A DNA stretch of 64,000 nucleotides, taken from the IMG/VR virus record IMGVR_UViG_3300008110_000181, positions 10,702 through 74,701 of that record; one strand, 5' to 3'. Source of the DNA: a virus. The translations under genes and the position numbers were made by a program. Positions within the stretch are counted from its first letter, which is position 1; every line of letters starts with the position of its first letter. Of this stretch, positions 21,909 to 33,900 are shown piece by piece. The notes beneath the pieces were generated by a model. That model had not been told where the DNA came from, ran no database searches, and saw only the letters and a list, made by a program, of their open reading frames with translations.

Positions 21909-24900
21909 TTATGTCAGTTGTTTTGGTAAAGCACCAGTATCATAAACCAATTTCAATCCAATAGATCTTCTTTGTACCGTTGGATATGTTGTCAATCCAA
22001 CATCAACTGTATTTGTTGTAACAGCAATTGAAACTGGATTAGTTCCTCTGGTAAATCCAGATAATCTTCCCCATGAAAATTTGCCAACTGGTCTTAATTC
22101 AGTTCCTGATGTAGAAAGACCTGCTATATTAGCATTAGAGTGTACGTTACATGTTATAATTCCAGCATTATCATCACCCACAACCCCAGACCAAGCACTT
22201 ACATGATAAACACAATCTAGATAACTAGTTCCAATACCAACAACATTAGTATTAGAACTATTTGTGGCAGTTATACCATTACCAATTCTTGTATCATATA
22301 TGTAAATTGGATATCCAGTAGATAGACCTGCTGTAACAAAAGTATCTGAATCTAAGTTATTAACAAAGAATTTTAATGCTTTTGAAGTTCCTATTCCGGT
22401 TGTAGTTCCTATGCCCGTAATTACTCCGCAGAATCCATTAACCGTAGTCACTGACTTAAGAGTTTCAATCAATCTTGGACCAGTGGTTGATAATCCTACC
22501 GTGCTAGAACTTCCAACAATTAAGAGATCAAATGATTTTGCAGCAATTTGATTGTTATAGTTAAAGAAAGTTGCATTATCTACAAATATTTCTGTACTTG
22601 ATGTTGTTATACCCGATATGACCTTTGCAGTTGGATAAACTTGTCCTTCAATAGAGTCTCTGGTTTTATATACTGTTTGTCCAAATACAATTCTATCTCT
22701 CTTTTGTTTGGTCCAGTTAATTGGTTTTGAATTAATTTCATCAATACCAGATCCACTGTACAAATCCGTTTCAATTCTATCAGCAAATTCTATATTTTGT
22801 ACAAGTCTTTCGTTTTGCGTAATTGTATTTGGATATGCATTATTTTTGATTATTTGTACAGTATCACCTATTTTAATTGTTTGTGGAATATCAGAATTTA
22901 GCACACTATCTGAACCAATAGTCCCTCTATAGAAGAAAATTGCGATATTATCTTCTGGTTTTGGTGCGCTAGTGAATACAAATGTAGTGCCACCATTAAA
23001 ATCATATGATTTGCCTGGTTCTTGTAAAATTCCATTAACAAAAATTACAAGCAAATTCTTCATATCCAGATCATAATTTTTATCTTTTTCAAAACTTAAT
23101 AACTGACCATTGTAATATAATGGGAAAGCAAGTCTAAATCCATCTTGATATGCAGCAATAGAATCAATGTAATCCAGATTACCAAATTGCCATAGTGCAA
23201 AAGAATCTGTAAATGTATCTAAAACAGTTAATTCAAAATTAGATAATGGTTCACTCAGTCTTGCATCAGTTACAAGTCCAACAGGTCTGATTACATCACC
23301 CCTCTTAAATGAGTATCCAGGTCTTGTGATAGTGAAATTTTTGATACTAAACAAAGATCCTGGTGCAACAGTTTTAGTTGCAGGTACTGTTGCAGTTGCA
23401 CCATATGAAATTACATTTGCAATAGTTCCTGTAACAATACCAACATAAGATCCAATTGCTGATGCAACGTTTGCACACTCACCACTAAATGTGTACACCC
23501 CTGGTAATTGGGATACATCTCCAATAATAGTATTGTCAATTACTTGCACTTCAGTCGTATATCCACCTGTATCGACGACTTCATTTCTCATTACCTGAAT
23601 TGCAATATCTCTTGCTTGGTTAAATGCAAATATTGACTGCTGCTCTTCACCAGCCAGTAATGTTTGATTTGTTTTGTATATATTTGCTGCTTCCCAAACT
23701 TGATCATTTCCACCAAATCTTAAATTGTATAAAACTGTTTCTAGAACAGCTTTGATGTCATCTGTACACTCTTTATTACCACCTGGTACTGTAAAACCAG
23801 GATAGTTTGCTAACATTCTACCGACCGCAATATCAGCAATAAACTGTAAGTTTCTAGAAATTAAATTAGCAGCATCATAGAATCTACCTCCAGCATAATA
23901 TGGATTACTATCAACATCCAAACTTAGTACCAATCCAACTCCTGTTTGTGTTGTAGATCCTATACCAATACGGGAAACTCCTTGTACAGGTAGATTTGCG
24001 TAAGATGGGTCTGGAAGGAACACTTCACATGGTGTAATAGTGCTATAACCACTTCCACCAGTGTTAACTGTAAAGGAGAGAGTTCCACCAGCACCTACAT
24101 TGGCAGTTATAGATGCTATTGTACCACTATGACCAGATTGTGTTATGGCAACAGATACAGGTCCTCTATATCCAGAACCAATATTTAAATTATACCAAGG
24201 GAATACTGTACCAAAACCAATATATGTATGCGGTAATGTACTTGTCCCAACTTTTGCAGTAAACGTAGTACTTGATGCGACACTGACAATTGGGAAAAAT
24301 GTCTCCAATCTAGATACGGTATCTCTTGGGAAAAATGACGTAACCCCAGCATTAGATGGGCAAGTAAAACCTAAACCAACCAGTCTTACCAAATCACTTT
24401 CAGATAATCTATGTGGTTGTGTCGTTGTTATTTCAATTATTCCAGAGAAATTGTTATAACTTGCAGTGCTTACAGATACTGCAGTTCCGGTATATGATGT
24501 CCCAACAACAGAAGTAATTGTACCTGCAGCACTAACAATTGGTTTTACTATTGCCCCAACTAATGGTGCATAACCAATCCCAAGTGTTGAACCTATAGAG
24601 ACTATTAAACCACCTCTAGGTCTGTCATTTTGATTAATATCATATTCAGATACAATATCAACTTCTGCACCACCTCCTGGTCTAATGCCTGAGAACACAA
24701 CACTCGTTATTCCAGCATTTTCTCTAAGTGCAAAATTATTTTTAGGGTTATTACTTGTTGTAGGAGTTTGGAATATGCCGTTGATTAATAGCAATCCATT
24801 TCCACCACTTGTTCCTAGACCTACTGTATTTGCACTGCCAACTGTCAATGTAAATGTTCTACCGATTCCATTGAATTTTGTTGAAATATCATCATAAATG

Positions 24901-27900
24901 ATATTTGTAGTATAATCATTTCTTAAGAAAACTCTTCCTGTAAAATCAGACTTAATTGAATCTAAATTACTTTGATCTTTTTCTTCTTGAACATTGCCCT
25001 TTGGTGGGTCAGCAAAATATAAAATATTTTGGACAATGTTAAAAGCACCAACATTTACAGATACTTGGGCACCTGCAGAGTGTGAGGTTGAGGCAGTTCC
25101 TAAGTAACCTCTCGTTACTGTTACTAATGGATAAGTGCCAATTCCATTTACGGGACCAGTTGATGTTGTTCCAAATCCAACACTAATTACACCCATATAT
25201 TCATTATCAACTTTTATAATATCTTTAGGTACAATGGTGCTAATTCCAGTAACTTGGAAAGACGATTGACCAGCACCTATAGTGTTATTCAACTGATAAT
25301 ATATTTGCTTAGGGAATATTGGATATTGAATTACATCGTCTATTGTTATTACACATTTTTCATTTTTCTTCTTCATTTCTAAAACATGTGCGTTACCTTC
25401 ACCAGCAGATGTAAACGTAACGGCTGTTCCAGTTTTTGTGGTTGAAATTTGGAAAGAATCTTCCGTTTTATTAACAACATAAACTGTTGATGGTAAGATC
25501 CCTGTAGCAATACCAGATTTATATGTTAATGCAACTGTTCCAATACCTATTATTGTTGATTTAGGTGTGTAAATTAACTCTTCATCTTCACTAAAGAAAT
25601 GCTTTGATGATTTAAATGTCCCAGTGGTTAAATCTAAATCGTCAGGGTCACTTGTATCAAATTCTCTAGCAAAAATTGGTAATTCATCAGAGAACATTAC
25701 AAAATCTGTTTTATTGATTCTTCCACCATTAAATGAGTTATAAAACTTGACAATTACGGAATCTCTTGTGAATGTTAATCCATTACTGTCTTTATAATTT
25801 AATGGTGGTGCAATATTAATTGCATCAGTAATAGTATACAACAATTTATTAAAACTTGATAATTTAACAGTTCCTGATAGATTGTTATCTGGATAGAATG
25901 TCAAAATAACATTTCCACCGGAAATATTCCCACCAAAAGTACCTAACCCAAGTCTAGTATCATTTGTTGAAATACCACTAACTGATAAAAATGGTAGTTG
26001 TTTTACATATACTGAAGAACCATCATGAATTGTTAAAACTTGATGAACTGCTTTAGTAGAACCAATACTTACTTCTACTAGAGATTTGCTCGAATTAAAT
26101 AAGGTGTAATTGTATGAAGATACTACTAATGGATTAGTGGTTAATCCCGATGTAGCATATGAGTCGTATATTGCACTTCTCTCTGAACCATTTGGAGTTC
26201 CAGATGTTTTAAACCTATATGTCGAAATACCAATTGTTGTAGTTCCAAAACCAACAATATTTGCCTTAACTGAAACATTATTTTGGGAAGTTAGATTTTC
26301 AAAATCTAATGATAAGACATTAGAACTTAAATTGGCTGCAAATGATCCAATAAATCCAGCAGTATATCCATTTTCATCTGCACCAAAGTCATCAAAGTAA
26401 AATTCAGAAATAAAAGTATCACTATTATCATGAGTCACATATAACTCAGAATATTGCATCTTGTTACTAACAGTATCGGTTATATGTACAGATGCATGGA
26501 GAGATTTAAATACTGACGCATCTACAGATAAAATATTGGTTGTAAGACCAACTGTAGTGCTTAATCCAGATGTACTTTTTATGGAGTTAAATTTTGTAAT
26601 AAATCCTATCGAAGTTGATGCCACTCCAATTGCATTAGTTTGGAACGACTTTTGTATAAATTTAATATCATAATCCGTATTTGCAAAATCTACAGGTGCA
26701 AATCTTAAATTGACTTCAGTATTTTTTGTTTCTAAAGAAAACTCACCAATCTTTTCTCCAGCATATTCTGTAGATCCAATTCCTGCAGTGACAATTGTGC
26801 CTTTCTCTAGTAAGAAAGCATCAGATCCATTATTTACAACAACTAAATCTGTCAATTGAACTTTAGAGCCATCACTAGTTGATATTTTTACAAGAGCATC
26901 CAAGTACTGAATATTGGATGTAGATAAATTGATTATATCAAGATATTGATTTAAATTTGAATCTAAATTTGAAAACTGTTTATTGATATTATCAATTTTT
27001 AAAACTCTATTGGTTTTGTTGCTAATAAATGGAGTTAAAAGTTTACTATCAAATTTTATAAACTTTGAATAACCATTAAATGAACCAATATCTTTTACAA
27101 GATCAAAACCATAAACAGTTTCAGTTCTTTGCTCAGTAATAATATCTTTTATTGCAATGGTAGAGTCTTCACTAGTAAATGTGAAATTACGTGATGAAGT
27201 TATGCCAGTATCATTAAAGTTTTTTGTACCAATCGTATGCAAGAAATTATTTACAACTGTTTTAGATTGATCATATGTAATAGGGCTCTTAATTGTATAT
27301 GATAAATTTTGATAATAATCATTATCAGGAACAACTTGTATGTCATTATTTAATTTACCGATATTATTTGCCCATCCAGTATTTGTTTTTGTTGCATAAT
27401 CTATCTCAAATTGTCCAAAATTCTCTCTAATTTCAGAGATAGTTACAATAGTTCCAGATTGTTTCCCAGTAATTTTTTCTCCAACATTTAATTCATATGA
27501 ACCAAAAACTTTTATGTATGAATTATTAAAAGAAGTTACTTTTAAATCTCTCTCTATTCCATTTGAGAACACTTTTTCATTTAAAGCAAATCCCAATTTC
27601 TCCTTAGTTAATTCAAATTCTGGATAGATTTTTCTATTAACTATTACTGGAACAAAATCCTGAATTGTTTTTGGCGTCCCAACATCATCTGTTAATGCTG
27701 ATGCGTCTACTCTTATTCTTGCTAATAAACCTGTAGTATTAAAATCAATTACCTTAAAGAACTTATAACCATAATTTTCAGAATTAAATCCGTTACCAGA
27801 AAGACTGGTATTTTTCTGAATACCTTCGATAAAGACTTCATCTCCAGGAGCAAAGGGTGCAGTCACAAATCCATCGGTTGGTTGTGAAATATAAACATCA

Positions 27901-30900
27901 AAAATTACCGAAGAATAATATTCAATCTTTTGAATACTGAATCCATTTGTGTTATTTGTTGCTGCTAATTTTATTTCTGTATCTACAAGACCTTTTGGTT
28001 TTTGAATAATAGCAACTGAAGATACTGAACTACCAGATAATCTAGCTTCTAAAATTCCTGTATCTAATTTTTGACCCGTTAGAACATCAACTATTACTAT
28101 ACTTGGTGCATTAGTATAATTTGAACCACCTTTTAGAACAGAAATATCTTTAATTGTATTTGCATCTTTAATGAATATTTGTGGTGAAATATACGCAGAT
28201 GGTTTTAACGTAATATCAGATTGATATGAAAAACCTTCATTAATTATATTAACTTCCTTTATGTCACCAATTGTTTTTGAATCTAAAATAATATTTGCAT
28301 CAATACCATCATCTGTTACAATTTCATTTAAAACTGGAACTGTATTATAATCTGATTTTGATGATGTTATCTCAATCTGATGAATTGGTCCCTTAGTAGT
28401 CTTAGATGAAGTGACATATTCTAAACTTTGACACTCTGTACTAGCATAAGATAGTCTCTCCGGTAATCTCTTTAAGAAAATATTGAAGGTTGTGGATGCT
28501 ACCCCTACCACAGTATATGTGTCACTTTCTATGAATAGACTATCTTCATAAGAAATTGATGAATTTTGCTTAACATCAAAGTCTGAATTTATAACTTTAC
28601 CATCTTTTTCTAAACCATAATATAATCTTTGTGGAATCTGATCATCAAAAATAATTTTTAAAGATGCATTTGTACTAATTCCAGGATTTCCTACCCTGTA
28701 ACTATTAAACGAACTAGTAGAAGCTGTTGAAACAAATTCATGTATAAATGATTTGTCAAAATAAACTTTAAAATCATAACCAGAGAGAGAAGGATCTAAT
28801 AGATCAAAATTGATAGAATTATTTTTAGTTACTTTTATTTCTGGGTTAATCAATCCAACTGATTGACCCTCCATACCACTAAACCCAATACTGACAGTAT
28901 TTGGTGGATCAACGGTGCAATCTTTGTAGGTTAATGCCAGTTGAATATTATCTTTATCAACTCTAACAATATAATATTCACCATCATCTAATGGTTGTAA
29001 TAAATTGTTACTGTTACTTGTATATAATACTTTGTCTCCAGTTTTAAATCTATGATTTATTAGTCTAATAGTACCTCTTAAAGAAGATGGGTTATATACT
29101 CCAGGTTTACCTAGTCCATCTGTATTTGTAAATCTCTTAAGAAGTTCTCCATCAATTGAGGCATCTACTATTCCACTATTATTAATATCATAAGTTGTGC
29201 TGCCAATGCCAACATTAGAAGTTAAAGAGTTTATATAAGACCTTATTGATGTTGCCGTTCTTCTTGTGGCATTTCCTGGGAATATCACATCTTTAATCAG
29301 AGCATCTCCAGTAAATCCAACTCCAATCATTTCTCTAGTAGCCACTAGAGCATCGTTGTAACTTACTACACCATCACCATCTAAGTCAAATTTTGAGTAA
29401 TTACTCCAAATAAAATCGTAAACATCTTGCCCACTTCTATTGCCAGTAGTTCCAAGTCCCACCGTAAATCCTAACCCCACCAATACTCCGATTGATGGTT
29501 GTTGAGTGGGTTTTGTATAATAAAAATTTGAAACTGTTATAGATGTAGAACCAAATCCAACAGGATCTAAAACAAGTTTTTGATAGTCTTCATTAAAAGA
29601 AACCCTAACAGATGTAGATTCTCCAGTTCCAATAGGACCTGGAGGTACTAATCCAATACCAACATTGAGATTTGGTTTAACATTTAATTTTACAGTATCA
29701 CCACTAATTAATCCATGAGAACTTGCGACAGAAACTGTTGTTTTAAATCTTGTTAAAGAACCCGTAATTTGATTAAAAGTACTTTCTAGCAAATAACGAT
29801 CATCATCATTTCCATTTGTATGGAAGAACAATTCTGGGGCATCAAAAGATGTTTTTAATCCAATACTATTGATTGTTTTATTAACAATGTAAAAATCTTG
29901 ATATTGCCCGTTAATCGGTATACTAAATGTGGATGAACCGTTTGTTGAAACTGATATTGTACCAGAGGGTGGAGTAAATCTTACCTTTTGATTAGTTATG
30001 AATGGATGATTTTCTAAGTAGATTGTCCTTGTTGGAATATCTCTAGATACTGTAAAATCAGCAAAATTAAATGATACTGACGTTCCATCTCCAGATCCAG
30101 TCCCAACACCGATAGATTCTCTAGGATTAAAATAAACTCTGTCATTCAATTTAGAATCAACATTATCTCCTAGATTTTTATCAATAGTAAATGAATTTGG
30201 TAGAAGTGAAATTTGTGCTTGGGCACTATGAGCAACTCCAACAGTATCTCTGTAAACTCGAATTATATTTTTTATTCTGAATAGATTTAAAACTTTTACA
30301 ACTTCTGTGCCAATTCCAATACTACTTCCTGCTGAAATTGTAGATGGTATTTGAGAAACATAAATTTCAGTTGAACCAATTGATACATTTGCAGGTATAT
30401 TCTTAGTTAAAGTTGTAGTTATAGAAGATACACCAATTTGATAAATTCCATCTAATTTTGTAAAAATAGTTGAAAAACCAGTTAATGAAATAAATTCATT
30501 ATTAAGTAAATCATGTGATGGCAATATAGAAAGTTGCAACTTTTCTGGATTAATCTGAGTAAGAATTACGTTATTGTAAACATCTTGGTTGCAAACAATA
30601 TTTGTAACATCTTTACCTTTTAATGAAGATACTTTTGCTGATAAATCTTCTCCATCATCAGATTTAAATCTTAATATATCATTAATTTTATAATTATCCC
30701 CATCATTTACAATCTCATATGAATCTACATTTCCAGTGGAAACAGATTGTACTTTAACAACCTGATTTTTTAAATCCGAAAAACTTGAAAGAAAATCATT
30801 TTCAACGTTTGGATCAATTAGTTTATATGGGTAAGTATTCCTTAAAACTCCAGATGTTGAAAAATCAAATAATTTTTGATTTAAGTATAAATTATCTTCA

Positions 30901-33900
30901 ATCACATTTGATTTAAAAGCATCACCAATATAATATGGGAATTGAGGTTGGAAGCTAATATTATTGATTGGTGCAAAATAAGCATAAACACCAAGTGGAA
31001 ATTCTGGTGTTTTGCAGAATCTTCCATTATTTTCATCAAGATCACCATTTTCCGTATATTTGTAATCCTCAACAAAAAATCCAGACACAAATCCAGAAGG
31101 ACGATCAGTATAAGTAATGTCTAATTGATATCCAGATACAAGAGATTTTGGAGCAGAATTTACGTTCTGTGGATTGGTGTATCCATATGCACCATAAATT
31201 GGATTGCCATCATATGCCCATCCGATAATTTTAGAGTGATTAGCACCGTTATCACTAAATGCATCTTGCAATTGCTTATTGTATGCAATAGATGCATACT
31301 TTAAATCATTTTCTAGGGTTTCAGAAATAAATTCACTACCAAACCTAGATACATTATTTAAAGTTAAAGATCTAACTTCAGAATTAAAGAATCCATTTGA
31401 ACCTGCAGAAACAACAGAAATTTTAGAAGTCGATGAATAACCTATACCAGAATTTATAACTTTAACTGACTTTATTCTTCCATTTTCTATAATTGGTAAA
31501 AATTCAGCTCCACTTCCCTTACCACTTGGATCTGTAACTACAATATCTGGTGTAGAATAATATTCTAATCCACCATATTCAATTTTTACGGTATTAATTC
31601 TTCCTTCACTAATATTTGGAGTAACTTTTGCATCTTTACCATTCTTAATTGTTATGATTGGTTTTTTCTCAAAATTTAATATTGTAGATCCATATCCAGT
31701 TCCAGATTCATATAGATATGCATCTATAATTTTTCCTCTAACTGATGGTGTTATATTTAAAACTTTTGTTGGTTGAACTGTAGATGCAATGCCTACAGAA
31801 GTGAACTCAACCGAAACCAAAATTGAGGGATAACTAAAATATTGATAACCAGAACCTTTTGATTTAAATTTAACATAATTTTTTCTTTCATAATTGGTTG
31901 CAACTGTTCCATTTATTCCAGCATCACAAATCCTAAATGAATTGTCATCTATTTTTAGAATATAAAACTGATTAGAAGTATCTGTTGAGACTCCAACTAT
32001 TGGACTTGTCTGATAATTATATACTACCAAATCACCATCATTAAATCCATGATTTGTGAAATTAACAGTATTACTTGATGTGGATATCCCCGATGGTTTT
32101 ACAATCAACTTTCTATTAGTATAACCTTCTCCACCATCAATTATTTTAATTTCTGTTAAGGTTTTTTTATTTGATTTTGTATAAAACTTATGAACACCAA
32201 AATTATTATCAGTGTTAAACTTTATAGTATTAATACCAGTAGAGTAATCCTTTAGACTTGGATATAGTAATACTGTTCTTGGACTTGTGCTTTTTGGATA
32301 ATATGAAGAACTATCAATCAGAGTTGAAGTTCCTATTCCAACACCAATTCCTTTATTACCATTTGCATTATAGAAGATTTCTTCACCATCTGCAAAGAAA
32401 TGGTCTGTATCAAACGTTAGTTGCCCTGTAGTGGTGTTTATACCACCACCTGTAGTAGTTGCTCTACCATCAAAAAGAACTTCTCTAAGTCTTAGATTCA
32501 AGATAGGTTCTAAAACTGCCCCACGACCATTACCACCATTTACCCCAATAGAAACAATCCTATCAATGTCAAAATCTTGTGGATCAACGTATACTTTTTT
32601 AATTAAACCACTGATTACGGGTTGAATGAGTGCAGTAGTTCCAATACCAGCAGAGACAGAAATTTTTGGTAAATTGATAACATCATAATCTCTTCCACTG
32701 TTAATCACAGAAATTGACTTTAATGGTCCATAATAAATCTTATCCTGAGATTTATAACTATCAATTTCAACACCATTAACTAGCATTCCAACTGGACCTG
32801 GTAAAATTACTTTACTCTTATCATCAGTAACATTTGGATTAAAGTTAAGTGGGAACTTTTTCAGTAATTTTTGTGGTCCAATTACTCCAGATTTTTGCGA
32901 TGCAAGTGTAAAAGTATGTGTTCCTATTCCAGAATTATATGGAGATCTAAAAAGAACATAATTTGAACTTCCAATAAAAGATGAAGATGCATATAATCTT
33001 ATTTTCTTTGCATCTGGAGACACCATTTCTACAAAATAAAATCCAGTATCTAATCCAACAAGAGTATCTGTGTTTGGTTTATAAAAAATTCTATCTCCAG
33101 TAATGAAAGTAATTGGATTTTCAAATGCTATTACACTATAATTAATATCAATTAAAGTTTCTAAAGCACCACTAGTATTATTAATTGTATAACTATCTAA
33201 CTTTTTAGTTATCTGATAATTATATGGAATACTAAATCCTCTATTACTAGATGGTAAAGAATTTGATGCAACGTATCCATAGTTTGTATCTGTATATAAG
33301 TTACTAATGTCAGATATTAAAGTATCGTTACCAAATTTTATAGGAGCATAAACACTACTTGCTTTATTAAGTTTTCTTCTTAAATCATATAATACACCAG
33401 ATACGGGTGTAAAGTTTCCTAAAATCTTAATAGAAGTTGTATTTTCACCAATTTTCTCGTCAATATAAGAAGTAAATACGACGTTGTTTGTACCTCTTTG
33501 AACAATTTCTACTTGATCACCATGTTTAAAACTAGTTTGATCATCTTTTAAAATTGGTGACTTTAAATTTAATGATTTTGGACCATTGAAATTATCAATA
33601 TGAAATCTTGAGTTTGCATTATATAACCAAGAATTTACAAAAACTTCTTTGAACGATTTATTAGAAAATCTAGTTTTTATAATTGGGTTGCCTAGACTTT
33701 TAATATTAATAGAATCTCCTTCTGCAACACCATTAAGATATTCCGAAATTTGTTCAAATTTTGCTAAAGACCCTAAAATGCTAAAAGTAACCTTCTTTGT
33801 TAGATCCCCATTTTCATACCCAAAATATATTTGATCATTACGAATATCTGCGGCAAATGGAATAGCAGTTTCTATACCAGAACAACCGAAAAATTGATTA

